From Botryllus schlosseri (lineage: Eukaryota), in NCBI GenBank assembly GCA_051294905.1, contig CM119371.1, forward strand, positions 8,682,001-8,746,000: a stretch of DNA of 64,000 bases, given 5' to 3'. The first letter of the stretch is position 1; each line of letters starts with the position of its first letter. The notes beneath the pieces were generated by a model, which saw nothing but the letters and a program-made list of their open reading frames with translations, was not told the DNA's origin and searched no databases. Position numbers and translations under genes: made by a program. Shown in pieces: positions 37,650 through 51,421 of the stretch.

Positions 37650-40600
37650 TCAGCCTCTTCCTTCGGGCTTGTACTGACCTGATCCAACTCCCAGAGTTTG
37701 ATTGGGCAAGCTCGTTGAATCCGGGTCGGATTGATGAGGACCGCGCAATAGAAGCCACACGATCAATCCGATCACGAAAACGAATGATCCTACAAACGCC
37801 GCCACAATGCACCTCACCTTCCTAGGCGATGCGCAGAGTGCGAAGCAGCATTCATCAACACACGTGCCATCGGGTTCATCATTGTTGAGCAAGTCGGGAT
37901 CAGTTTCCTCGCTATGACGGTCATCTTCTGGAAAGTAGTCATCTGAAATAATAACCAGAATGTTGGAAATCAGTTGAACTACAGCGGGTCCCAAGGCTGA
38001 AATTATAATTTCAATCTAGTAACACCACGCATGCCTATCCCGTCTTCCCTACATCTCTATAGATTCTACGCATATATCTGTTTTGAGACTAGGATTATAT
38101 AATCTCATATCACACGACGCCGCGCATCTCAGCTGCCGTTAACAAGGTGCATAACATACTATCACGACCCATTCAATACGTCTGCAAATCCCCGAATAAA
38201 AACGTTCCAATGTACATGTAGGAATAACTCCCTGCGATCCCCGAAACTCGGCATGTTCAGTCCTCGAAAAACAACTGTCCACAGTATATGTAATATTAAC
38301 TCTGCGATCCCTGAAACCGGGCAGGGAATTACCAGTTTTGGATACCTTGGTTCGGAGTGCCATAGTCAATATTATTGCGGTTTCGAAAGCGTGTCAGTCT
38401 TCTTTACACGCGATATCGATTTAGTGATACAACACCTCGAACATAGTTTGATCAACTTAGAGTCAACGTTTGACACCAGACTGATGATGCGACCCGCAAC
38501 ATAGACGAGATGGGCATAGGCGTACGACAGGCCTGGTTGAGTGCGGCCCGCGGGCCGAATCCGATCCGCGGAGCTATTCTGTGCGGCCTGCGAAAGGTTG
38601 CTTGAAATTGAAAATATAGAACCTACTTTTTAATGTTGCTGCGTGGACTGAAACCATAGGATGTATAAACTGAGCCGAAAGTTCGTTTACTATCAAGTCT
38701 GTTCATTAACATACCGCGATTACGCAGGCTTACGTACCTCACGTGCCTAATCCTGATTCAAAGTGAAGTCAATGTAGCAAATTATGCCGTTACAATTAAA
38801 GTCACAAGTCCCCGAACCTTTTTTGTTGCCATTGCCACATTACGAATTACACGGCCTGCGTTTCAAATTGTTACGTGATGTTGTTCCAAATCCCTAACAA
38901 GTCAATCACTGCCCGTGATTTCTATGAGTATATCACCACCCATAAACGATGTAAAAAAAAAGAAAGCCGAAATTGGAAATTCAAACATTGTTCGGAGCAC
39001 TAAATATTTGATTACTACCAGTCTTTTTAGTAGTTAGTGCCAAGCACGTCGCCGTGTTCAAGGAAGTATTATTTAAGTCGCTTCTACGACTAAAACACGA
39101 AGACATAGGGCCTACACTCGATCAATGGACAGCAAATTTTGGAATACCTGCAAGCTTGGCTTAACAACAAGTACATTGCAGCAAGCTGCACACTTCTCAT
39201 AATTCAGCCACCAAGACAAAAGGCTTTACAGGATCCCCAGGACCGTAACTGTGGCACCCAAACCCCCAATTGGGGAGGGGAATCTCGAAGGGCGCCCAAA
39301 ATTGTTTCGTGAACGACCAAAAATTAGAGAGTAGTTTTTGAATATTTATGCAACTTCTTACAAATTTTTCTCGGGCTAGGCGCGATTTCGAGATCAATGA
39401 TTATAGAATTGGGTATTTCGGCGTAAGCCATTACCGCGCCATGACATACCAAGATATATCAAGTGCAGGCCAACACGGTATTCCGAGAAGGCACGGCAAT
39501 TGCAACTGCTGATCAAATTAAACAAGTAAAAGCTCGACAGCGAAAAAGCCTTGGCCCAAAAGGACTGTCCTCATGTAGACCGAAAACCACGATCTCCAAT
39601 GGTCCGTAGGCATTATTTTCAGGTGACGAAATATCAATTGGGAATCGTGCATGTGCGATTTCTAGTTTAGTATACGCTTTGACAATTCCAATATATTTCT
39701 CATTTCAGACGTGAGGTTACGAAATAACAACATCTAACGAAGTAATTATACCTACAGGTCCTCTCGAATATTTCCATGACAGCACCTCACTCTGCTCTAG
39801 CGGTAAAACTGAGTACGAGGGCATAAAGAGGTTTAAAAAATATAGCTATATATATATGACATTCCCAATATTATTGACCTATTGAATCCTGAAACATGGA
39901 AAAATTCCGCGTTTCGCGCGGTTCGGGCATAAAACGTTGCCAAATAGTGTATATAAGAAATCTCGCTCAGGAGTAATGTTAAAACATGCATCATGATGGG
40001 TCTGGTCTGACGGCGAAGCTTTCAGTTCAGAAATAAAACCAATACGCTGGAGAAGACAGCTAAAATTTATCGCCCCGCCAACATATTTTCTGCTTCTCAT
40101 TTGACCCGCGGAGAAAAATAATACCTCTGGCGTACAGAAAAGAAGTTAGGTCGCTACCTCATAATCAGCCGAACCAGCAGGATATTCAATAAACATGATA
40201 TGTACTTCCATAACTAGCCGGGCATCCAGTGATAAACATGGTGATGAACTTAATTTTATAAATACCATTTACCATTTACTATAGTCGATGCCATTTCGCA
40301 GTCATCTTGGGATCTCCCTGCTTCGTCGTTGATTGTCTTCTTCAATATGGATTTGTATTTAACCGCGTCGTCCAGAAATCCTGAATCATTTGGTTTCTCG
40401 TAGGGTCCAGACATTCCGTCTGTAATGGTAGCAGAAGCAAGGCCATTAACCTTTGCATCTTTCAACAACGATAATGTGGTATTCCTGGTACCCAGACGAG
40501 GAGGAAGTAAGACTATAGAGGTTTAATCCGAGGATTTATGGATACACCAAGGGATAAATTTCCGACACACTTACTGAAAATGGTGCATTCACGTCAGAAA

Positions 40601-43600
40601 ATGGGTATACGATATCGGAAGCTACCTCACAATTATACGGGAAATAGAAAGCAAACACATTTTAACCGAACTGATGCTTTGACAAAGTGAATGGCCAAAA
40701 ATTGAGTATGAAGGAACGTGGGGAACGTATGAAGAAATATTCACGTAGGCCGGTTGGATTTACACCGAATGCTCTACATTGCATTCATATCCAAAAATTA
40801 GTCAAAATAATACAAGTACGAGGGATTGATCAAGTTCAAGGTAAAAATGTCAATTGATGATGTTGATGAACTCAAACCATGCAGCCGCTGACAAGCCCAG
40901 GGAGATACTCTTTCCGCTGGAATGGGAGAGTGTCATAGAATCGGTTGGTATAAAACCAGAGGGTAATGTGAAAAGCATTTCAGTATATGTCCTGGTGCTT
41001 TCAAAAAGATTTTCAAATACGCTAACAGTCGAGCATACATACACCCGCGTGTCGTGTATTTCCCCGTCTTCATAACATACGATCCCAGGGATGAGAATGA
41101 GTCAGGTATCAACTTTACTACGCGACGTATTTATTATCGATTGTGATGAAGTCAAAATGGAACGACGCCGAAAGCCAGTATCGAGAATTTAACGGCTTAC
41201 TAGGACACCTCACCCACCGGATATGTATATCTGCATTAGCGAACATTAGATACCCGCCGCTGCAGGAAACTCATCTCATCAAATACAGACTACCGCGGAA
41301 TGGCGATCTGCCTATAAATGCTTATCTGTAGCAAAGAGTCATAATGCAAACGAAGAGCGGCCAACAACTTCCTAAAACCGTTTGCCAATATCTAGCATCA
41401 CGGATATTGTAATTGTAGATGGAGATTGAGATTGATATGGAACGTAACTACCACTCCTACAACTAACATACACTTAAAATTTCGCCGCAGAGAAAAAAAT
41501 ATAAATTGAGGATACCATCTTTCTGATTCTTGTCCATCAGATCTCCGTAAAACACGTTCATTTCCTTCGGTCCAGAGTTGTTGTCCTTCATAGATCCCAC
41601 AGGCAGGTGTACGACTTTCTCATCGGTTTGTTTACGGGGCGATCCACCCAAAAGCATCTCTGCAAAGTAAATGTTTGTACGATTTCAGCAATCGCAACTT
41701 TGCGGATGGCTTGGCATATCCACGCCTCGAATAAATGTATGCATGAAATCTGAATACGCGCTTTGAAGGAAATTGCTAGTCCAAAGAGAGCGGGGTTATA
41801 TATACATGATCTTTCGCGTAATTGCAAAAATGGAATCTTGCAACTATACGACGACACCGGCAGTTGTTTGTTTGTGATATTCGTGTTGTTTGTCGACTGC
41901 TATGTTTATCAACACCATGCCGATATCCTTCATTTTTATTCTGTACACTCTTAAAAACTGGGCCCACCTTTAAAGGTGTTTCAAAAAAAACCTTCAAAAG
42001 AGGAGGGAAATTTTCTACCTTATCTCACCTGGTGGTTATTTTCCCACCTCATCATAAGATGGGCAACTTTCCACCTTGTCCTATCCGGATTCGGCTTCAT
42101 CCTACCCGGATATCCTCGAGGTACAGCATATAAGCACACTTTAAGCTTTCACAAAACACTAAATCACCTTCATTCCAATGCCTTTATTTGCAAATTAGTC
42201 ACGAATGTGATCCAGTTTGGCATAAGCTGCAGTACTGATGTCTTTTACACCTGGCAAACGCGCCAGAAAAACTGACATGACAGTCAGAAACTGCATTTCG
42301 AAGATCCAACGAATTTCTAGCATCACTGAAAATGCCTCATGGAAGCTCTCGATATTCTTCACCTTTTCAACATCAAACCAGACGGTCCACTCTTTCTTCA
42401 TTGTATCGTAGCAAATTGTAGGACACGCGGATGTGGGTGTCTTAACGAAATATATTATTATGTGAAAGAAGCATCAGGTCAAACATACGCTTAACACACA
42501 CACACAGACACACACTGATGTTATTTCAGTAATCAGCTTATGAAATATACCGGCAGCAGGGCACTGCGGATCCTATTTTCAGTCAACATATGATATCAAA
42601 TAGCAAATAGGCATATGTATATGCGGACTTGGCCAGGTGGAAGTGATGACCATTTTGAGTCATCAGCTAATGTGAACAGTAACCTTTGTGGCTCTCAATT
42701 TTTTGTCGGTGCGGACCCTTTTCTTAACCATCAAGGCAAGGCATCCGTACAGACACCCCTTAAGTTTTAGTTCAAATCATGCTCAATAATAGTGCAACCG
42801 TCATCCACCTCTTGTCAATAGTCCTTTTTTTGCAAGTTGCAAAGGTACATCTTGGCGAGTTTGAAGTAGCAACCTTGGATAACTGCTGATATCTACTTTT
42901 TGAAACTACTTGAGTACTTTGCAGCCCTTCATTTCCTACTTGGTTGAAGTAGCTTTGACATGGATTTGAAATCACTACTTCTACACTATATACTAACCTA
43001 GAAATATCCGAAGTGATGCTTTACCCGAGCTAAGAAAATCACAAATTATATTATCATTCAGGTTAAAAATTTAGAGGTCTGCAAACACCATAAAGATGTG
43101 CTTCACGGACCCAGAGTTAGCACTGCGGGTTGTGGGACCGAGCTGAAAAGGGAGCATGGGCTTGTAACACCGGTTTTAGGTTTGCTCCTCACTAAAAAAG
43201 GTTGAATACACCACATTGAGAGAAATGTATTGATACTATAATTCAATAATTGATATTATAAAACGTAATTTTCAGTATTTAAAATTGTCTCCGAATCTCC
43301 ACGACTCGACTACAGTTGAAGCTCGATTTTGTGCCAGTAGTGGAATAGTTTTATCCATCCCAAATTTCAAGCTAACAGGTATATTTATAAAAATCCGTAC
43401 CTGTTGAACCTGGAAGAAATTGCCACATCCTTCATGAAAAATTGTAGGTATAGAAACAATCCGGTCTAGATTTTGAGATGCTGTAAAACAAAATATATTA
43501 TAAGTCCAAGTTGATCACTGAATACATACAGGTCAACATCAACTCATTACAATACAGCAGAGTGGAGTGCGTCAACGCGTCGCGTCGTAATGACGGATTA

Positions 43601-46600
43601 GTACAGATTAAAAACAGTGCGAAAATTGATGCCGTGCAATTGCAACATGACTGAAGAACGCTTTATAGGCTTATATCATGAGAGGCAATTAATAGATGGA
43701 AATTACCTACTCAATCAATACAAATATTTGAAGAGATCAATGCTTATGTCAAAATCAACAGCTTTATTACAACAAAGGTAATAGATATAATAGCAGAAAG
43801 AGAAAAACATACCAATCACAATCCATCATTTTGTCTTCGGGACATCGATGTCAGCTTCTGCGCTTCATCCTATCAATCATATTTTCAACCAATTCCGCGT
43901 TGAGGGGAAATCATGCTCATCTCGTCTTCAGGGACAGAAGACGAAACCGTTTTCTGCAAAGCAGTCGAAATTTGAAATATGCAGTGAAACAGAATAAAAA
44001 ATTCATTGGGACAATAAATTTGTGAAACCGAACCTCAAATTATTTTTTCAACAGGTGAAGCAGCAAAAATGAGCAGATTTGAATTTATAGGCTTTAGTTT
44101 GCCTTGGTGAGCCAGTCGAACTTTTCATGCTACTAGTAGGGCTGGGCAAAATCGAGTACCTGAGTGATTCAATTCTGAATCACGTAATATGCTTCGAGTC
44201 GGGTCAAGTAATCAAGTATCACTCATTATGACGTCATAACAGAATGTAAGATGTCAAAGTTAAAATATGTACCGTTTATGCCACCACCAAGAATTTAATG
44301 CCTTTTATCAATCACATATAAAATGCCCTGGTATTTTACGACTTCGCCAATTTCATTCGACTTGGTGACAATGCTGTTGGATGATCATGACTTCGGAAAT
44401 ATGCTACGTCCAGTAACCTTGGTAGCTTTTGTACTATAGGTTTCGTAAGCTACGATACCGCCAATCAAGGTTTAAGGCTTTAACTGTGAAAATTAGTATC
44501 GAAACTATAATTCTCGGGTATAAATTAACTTTCAGTGGAGAGAAGCGTAATATCAGTACCGGTACTAGAAAACATCGTATTTTACTACTCGACTCGAATC
44601 ATAAAAATTAATACTAGATTCAGGTTTGGGTACTCGAATCATTGTGCCCAGCCCCAGCTACAAGTGATAGTCAGCCTGCCAGTCGCCTAATTGTGCTGCG
44701 TACACCAATTCCCTACTGGATATACTATATAGCATGGTTTCATATTAGAAAATGACCATAAATTGCAGTTACTTCTAAAATTTTCAAACAATTATTTCAA
44801 CTGAACTGAAACAAAGCTCACTCTGACTTAAGCATGTAAATTTGAAAAGGCAAGTTTGAAGCATGAAAATTCATTAGTCCATTATCGTCTCACCTTCATT
44901 TCTTCACGTGGCGTAATGTAACCTCCATTCTCCAATATGGCGGCCGATCGTCAGACAGCCGACAACGACAGGAACAGTTGAGCAACTATATACGGGTTTA
45001 TGCTAGCGAGAACAGAATGCGTTCATACCGCATTCCTTAACAGCAAGAAGCGGTTCATATTTAAAAACGTACAGCTATTGCCTGTGTAGTAAGAATAAGC
45101 ACAACTCATAAGAATTCGCTTCATAATGAACTTCAAGAGGAGATGACACGCGCCGCCAACGCGGTCTCTCCGATCTGTCTGCTTCGAGGTTCAAACGCTG
45201 CTAAATTAAAGCGTAACCGACATGGCTGATCAGTCAGCATGAGATATTAGAATCTTCGCTTTTTGTGTTCGAATTGCTACTTAGTACACTAAATAAATAT
45301 TATAACTATCATTATTGAGTACAGACTAGAAATTGACTGAATAGGATAGTAAGATGTAAGTCGAACCATAAGCAAATTGGTGTTTATGAAACTCGATGGT
45401 TGAACGGGGGTTCCCTTGAGAATGTGGTTCCCGCGGAAACTCAGCTGACTTCACGGAATCGCCGCGCAGGTAACTGATGCGTTGCATTAATTTAGTATAT
45501 ATTAATCGATATTATTTTCGTAGGTAAATGCATTCATTGCTATGGATCAAGCCCAGGCTGGTTCCGGGAATATATGAATACGTTTAAACCGCTGATACCA
45601 GTCACGTCTTTGAAATGCGTAAGCAACATAATGAAGTTTCTGTGCAGTGATGTGATGATGAATGCTGAACGAGCAGTGGTACCACTCCTAGTGTTTTAAC
45701 ACTAGATCTAGTGTTTTTTCGGTCTTCCTAGTGTTCTAGTGTTTTTTTTTGCATAATTTTGCTAATCTAGTGTTTTTTCTTCAATTGTGCAAACAATATT
45801 CTAACATTAGACTACTAAATTATACGCTAAATTTATCGCTAATAAGGTGATTTGGTGTCTCTGGCTGTGTTTGTTTTCAACAATTCTATGTTGTGGTGCA
45901 GTAACAAGCAATTATCACATAACAGGGTGGGCTGTGAATCAGTACTTATGAGCGAAAGTCTTGGGAAAAAGAGCGGTTTCGCTCTGATGGTCTATCGTTT
46001 CTTGTTGAATTCACTCTGCAGATTCGGGCAAGAATTCTATTTGCCGAGGACAGCATACTTTTGTAGTTGAGTGTATTGAATCCGTTAACAGTCTTATATC
46101 AACACAAAGAAAAGTAAAATCAATCATTCCTCTAACTGCGCAATTTCTCTTTGTGATATTATTTGATGAACTTGATGATTTGTCGGAAAAATGTGCTGAT
46201 TTGGCAAATTCGCACAATGAGCTGCAGGTTATCAGTCAACATAATTTCGGCAAAAATTGAAATCTGTGCAAAATGGATTCGGTGAATCAAAATTCCCATT
46301 ACTGGGGAAGCTCATCACGAATCTCTTGGCATTGCCACATTCCACTGCATGTGTGGAAATGAAGTATACTGCACATGGACACCTCCCCATTGTTTGGTTG
46401 AAGATGTACGGTAGTGAGCAAGATTGCACACAAAACATACTTATGTGTGATGTGTACAATCGAAAAATAATTTTATGGTACCGCACAATTCGAAAGCGAC
46501 AATATTTGATTTTTTCTTACTCTATTGAATTTTTTATTAATTTTTGTTGTCTAACCATGCAGTATATCATACATATGTATCCAATTCATGTGCGTTGCAC

Positions 46601-49532
46601 TTCTTATCTATGGATTTGTACCTTCGTCATCATGATTACTTGGCAACGGCAAATTTTTTACCAATCTAGTGTTTTTTTCGCCAATCTAGTGTTTTTTCAC
46701 GACATAATCTTGTGTTTTTCCAAGAACCTAGAGTGGCAACACTGTGAACGAGGACGACGGCAGGTTCCTGCAAGCGAGCTGCAGAAGTGTTTGTTTTCGA
46801 ATTCAGTTGTTCGTCAGAGATTGATTCTTTATACTGCCTGTTCATCAGCCATTAGGTTACTTGATACCAGTTGTCAGGATGACAGAAGAGCGAGGTGTCG
46901 GTGTTGTTGCAGAGGTACCGTAACTGGTGGTTCTGATTTCTGCTGTCATTTGGAATGATTGTGTGGTGAGGTAATGTATGAATATATGCTGGCATGGTCA
47001 ATTAGTCATGTTTATGATTTCGGAAACACACTGGAACTAAAGTACTACCGGTACTCTCTGATTGATTGCGCACATCATCATGCTGATTATATAATAATAT
47101 TTATATTTCCTATTCATTGCTGTGCTGCTTTATCAAGTGATAATTTTGATTGATTCAATAATTTTGTTTGATACATGGCTGTTCTGTGACTCCTTACTTC
47201 TTGTCAAAATTTAGTATCATTCTTCAGGAGTATTATGGTAGGAGGCCTAGTGGTCTCGGCCAAGTCACAGTAACACAATATTTAATTTTGTTGTTGGCAT
47301 CAGCAATGCATCATGGCATGCCTGGGTTACTTATGTTTACCCTCTCCGTAAAGCAACTAATATTGCTTTCTCTATTCTCGCAGTCTTTTTATCTTATTTT
47401 CCCTGCCTAGTTCCTACCACTTGCATTTATATTCAAAATATATACCGTACCTAAGATTGATTTGAAATTTAATATATATAAACCCTTTTAAGGCATTTGT
47501 TGATACTAATTTTTTGATTATAATGTTCATATCTGTTTTGCAGGCTATATTTATGTGAAATAGCACTAAAGCAATAGCAGGATTTTTTTCGGATCCTAAT
47601 TTTGTTACTCAGCTGTCGGACTCCGAAATCCTATTTGACTGTTGGATCAGGACGGATACAGATTCCCCAAATCTGGAATCCACCCATCTCTGAATTCAAC
47701 TCATCGTGCTTTCACTTCCTCTTTTGCTTTTGGCCTCATTGGCGGACGGACTTCTAGTAGCCTAAAGTCTCTGCAGCTTTGTTTAATCGTGTGTGATCAA
47801 GTATAGACGGAGGTTTTTACAATGGCGAGCACGCTAAAACCGTTACTTCATTAATTTGGCTGCAATTCTCAAGATTCCTGGACAGTAACGGTATGCTGAA
47901 AGATTGGCAGAAATTCGATTACGGCATTGGCTATCTGAACCGATTGAAGAAGCAGTTTTGCATCAATATGAGCAGTTTGAAGACTTGACTGGCTGCTTCA
48001 CTTCATAATAACTGTTTCACTGGCTGAACTGATGTAACTTGACTGGCTGCTTCACTGCATAATAACTGTTTCACTGGCGGAACTGATGTAAGCGCGCGTG
48101 GAAGGGATGGAGCTTGTGTCTCTCCCGGTCCGGTAATTCTCCCCGTGATGTGGCGCGGCGTTGTTAGGGTTTTAGTTTAGGGAATTTGTTCATTGATGTT
48201 AGTTTGGGGCTAGTGTTCTGCTAATGTGGTGCGGTCATGCCCGTGTTTGCGGTTTTGTTGATGATTTTAACTTTTTTATGGTATTTTGTGAGACTGCTGC
48301 TATAGGCACTTTTCAAGTTCGATCGGAATAGTGTAGCAGCTGTGTTCTATACTGTTCCTTACGTCAGTTGTAGTATCATCGCATCGTGCTTTCACTTCCG
48401 CTTTTGCTACTGACCGCTTCGGCGGACGGACGTGTAATAAAGTCTCTTCAGCATTTTTGAATCGTGTGTGATCATGATCAACTACAGATGGAGGTCTTTT
48501 ACAATTATGCATTCGCATTCAGATTCATTATCAGGTGATAAAAAATGTGGTTGAAGGCGAGATCGATAAGTCAGGCTGTAGTCCTGTAATCATGATCTGA
48601 CTATGGTATTGATTCAGTATAAATTGTGTGTATTTTGATTTGAATGTGGACCTGTTCCATAACTGTCGGAGCTGTGCAGATTTTCATAAATTATAAAAAA
48701 TAACTGATTTCGAAAAACCTGGAAATCGAATTTAATTACACTGAAATTCCGGACATTTACGGGCGTATGTAGCAACCCAAACATTAATAAATTTCCGTTG
48801 CATGACCAATCAGCTAAGCAGAACTCGTCAACTTACGCGTACTTCATCTGACGCCATGTGTTCGGACTGCCGTCCCAAGTCATAGGGGGCTCGTTCCGCA
48901 GCATTTGTAATATTTCACGGGTTTACCAAAAATAACGTTACGACAGCTTTTGTATATTTGTTGACGACGACGCAGTATATGATCTCGCGCGAAAATACAT
49001 CTTCCACCTCCCAAAACCCTCCTTATAAAGTGATGTATCGTATATCACTTTATAGGAGAGTTTTGGGAGGTGGAAGATCTATTGTCGGAGGTGGGAAGAC
49101 GTACTTCACCGAGGTGTATAGCATGTTCCTACCTCTCGTGAAAGGAGGAATTATCGTTTCCACCTCAATTTTAGCAAAAAACCCACCTTTATTTTTTACA
49201 GTGTAACACCGGCAGTTAACATTCTACATATCAGCGTACACGATCGAATGGATCGAGTGAAAGAACTGTTCGAGGGGAGACCAACTCTGAATAGCACGCG
49301 ATGTGGGTAATCCACAGTTCGTGACATCACACTTTCGACAGTGCAGACAACAAGTTATTCTACCGAATAAGATCAACGAGTAGCCTATAACTTTACACCC
49401 AGACTGGAAATCTATACTGAATGTCTCACCATCATCGTTATCTGGATTATTGAAGGATCCGTCACCGGTGCCTTGTCCAAGATTACCACGGTAAAGCTTG
49501 CCGGCAGAATGCTCCGTGGAGCTGGTTGACAT
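37650..49532 (-). CDS. Paralog 3 of the ITIM-like type-II membrane protein family, 4 coding exons, 228 aa; intron 1 expanded by a 7.3-kb transposon
   Basis: A 49532-49430 (MSTSSTEHSAGKLYRGNLGQGTGDGSFNNPDNDD). B 41659-41516 (...EMNVFYGDLMDKNQKD). C 40419-40273 (DGMSGPYEKPNDSGFLDDAVKYKSILKKTINDEAGRSQDDCEMASTIVN). D 37942-37650 (DDYFPEDD...TCVDECCFALCASPRKVRCIVAAFVGSFVFVIGLIVWLLLRG...NQTLGVGSGQYKPEGRG*). Canonical cag/gt sites, all phase 1. Confidence 0.8.
38528..40129 (+). mobile_element. hAT non-autonomous element in intron C-D of paralog 3
   Basis: Left end CAGGCCTGG..GCGGCCCGCGGGCC, degenerate right end, TSD gcgtacga/gcgtacag; absent from the same intron of paralogs 2 and 4. Confidence 0.7.
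44137..44656 (-). mobile_element. TAGGGCTGGGC-family MITE nested in the CACTA-like element
   Basis: TIRs and TSD gctactag/gctacaag. Confidence 0.85.
45674..46744 (+). mobile_element. Internally deleted hAT element with dimerisation-domain remnant, nested in the CACTA-like element
   Basis: TIR CAGTGGTACCACTC/GAGTGGCAACACTG, perfect TSD tgaacgag, CTAGTGTTTT subterminal repeats, peptide KFPLLGKLITNLLALPHSTACVE. Confidence 0.9.
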
Positions 49533-49894
49533 TCCTTTTGCTCCGAACGGATTATCCACTTCAATCAATACTTACCCGTATAAATATGATCAGAACTTAA
49601 ACTACGTCCTGGCCACTCACAGCCTGCAAATACACATAACGATAACACATTCTCCAACCCACGATAGCCGGAAAATTATAAACCTGCTAAAACAAGATTA
49701 TCGGTGGAATGGTCACATGGATGGGACCAGCAATATAGGCAACCAGACGGGCATGATTGATAATTATGTGACGACCAACTAAACGCTGATTACTGCCAGA
49801 GACAGTCGCTGTTTTGCGACGGTGATGTTTCAATTAGGATCAACACTGTCCTTTCCTATCCCAGGTATCGCTTTACAGTCGCATTTTCATGTAT

Positions 49895-50135
49895 CAGTAC
49901 GAATGGGCAAATTCCCAATAGGGTGGTCACTTTAGTAGGCCTATTAATAGAGGTTACAATGAAATGTCGTCTGAGTCTCGAGTCATGCGCAATGACTCAA
50001 GTTCCAGTCGAGTCACTTACACCGATTGACTAGAGTCGAGTCATTTCCGTAGTTTGTGAAAATGACTCGAGTCAAGTCGAGTCATCTGAAAATCGTGACT
50101 CGAGTAGATTCATGACTTGATTCATTACAACCCTG
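49895..50135 (+). mobile_element. 3' part of GACTCGAGTC-family MITE truncating the upstream region of paralog 3
   Basis: Homology to 1400-1671; ends TTACAACCCTG. Confidence 0.75.
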
Positions 50136-50964
50136 TCTTCAGGTGTTTCCCTCACTCTTGCAGAGCACTGCCGTTGAGAGCATCTAAAAAACTAAATAGA
50201 TACGATGGATAAGCATATTTGAAATACGATAGAGCTAAACGATTTTCTAATGACTATAATTAGTCGTCAGCGTTTCCTACGTATGCTAGCGGGACGCGAA
50301 ACCTTGTATGCGCCACTAACATAAGCTCATTCAATTACGTACCCACGTGAGCTTGTAAATACGAGTGTTTATACTATATGCATGATATTAATTCCCTAAT
50401 TGTAACGAGAATTTCAAATAATTGACATGAAGACGACATCACAATACTAGCGATAATAATTATAACAGGTCAGAGGCAACAAGAAGGCTTGTCTAAACAC
50501 TGTTGAAGTAAAAGTGGGACAAGTAAAAAAAAACACTTGAGTTACTATACTGCGAGTACGCAAACCTACTTCGGTATTCTGAAAAGGGCTCAGATTTCGT
50601 TACTTAGCGCGTATACATATTTATATACTGATAGACTTATATCTAAAAGTATATATACAGTTGTAATTTTGCGCTACCCACCCACAAAGTGAATCTCTGA
50701 ACAGACAATTGGAAGAGCCAGACACCTTCTCGATCGTGGCATACTCAATCCTGCAACTGCATGCTTATTGGCGTCATATTCGGTGTCAAACATGACACAT
50801 AAACATGACACATTTTCGACTTCATTTAAAAATTTTCACTCTAGGTGTATGAATCAAATGCGACCCAAATTTCCTCGGAGTTAGCGCGCGGTTTTCTGCC
50901 TGAGAATCATACCACGAATTTCCTCACTGACAAAAACGGAAAACCCTTTAAAAACGGCCGGCTA

Positions 50965-51421
50965 AAGTCAAAAAATATAGAATCGCTCAACGGGGATATC
51001 GCCCAACAGGAATATCCCTGTCGCACAATCGTACTTCCCTAAAAGACGCATACGATTTCAGATTGGCATTTCTTCACTGACATATAAATTTTCCCTGCCA
51101 GATGGAATTCGTCTTCTGGGGTTCAGATTGCCAAGACAGGAACATTCGGTGTCAGTCATTTGGGCGCCCATGGACAATTATTATACCTCCTATATATTTT
51201 GAAGGCTATATGTAACGAAGTTTTCGGTGTTAATTTGCTCTGAATACTCATTAAGGATATGTCCTATCACCACATCATCTACTGCGAAGCCATTTTTCTC
51301 CAGCGCCCCCCATACCGCCCCCCTGAGCCCAGCGCCCCCCATATTGCCCCCTGAGCGTTTCCGCCCCCCTTCAAGATCGCCAGCGCCCCCTGGGCGCTGG
51401 GGGCAAGGTTAAGAACCACTG
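50965..51421 (+). mobile_element. Right-end fragment of the composite CAGTGGTTCTTAAC hAT element
   Basis: Colinear with ~20130-20791; ends GGTTAAGAACCACTG. Confidence 0.8.

Larger units (their letters stand above)
41946..49203. mobile_element. 7.26-kb EnSpm/CACTA-like transposon in intron A-B of paralog 3
   Basis: Termini CACTCTTAAAAA...TTTTTTACAGTG, TA TSD, CCACCT subterminal repeats. The empty site ttattccgTAacaccggc is present at ~31372-31389. Decayed minus-strand coding relic WTVWFDVEKV...FHEAFSVMLEIRWIFEMQF at 42195-42440. Confidence 0.85.

Noticed and set aside
37895..37915. EETD as a caspase site in exon D
   Set aside because: Followed by Pro and not conserved in paralogs 1 and 2.
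46257..46958. Longest ORF in the track (233 aa)
   Set aside because: Only the first ~33 aa are a hAT remnant; the rest runs through non-coding TE sequence and across the TIR/TSD.
47985..48090. ~54-bp tandem duplication and nearby dispersed repeat (47700/48380)
   Set aside because: Internal to the CACTA-like element, with no evidence of separate function.
49498..49782. Plus-strand reading of the exon A and upstream block as a gene or viral glycoprotein
   Set aside because: Stops and frameshifts occur in the other copies; splice signals, the conserved ATG and poly(A) signals all point to the minus strand.
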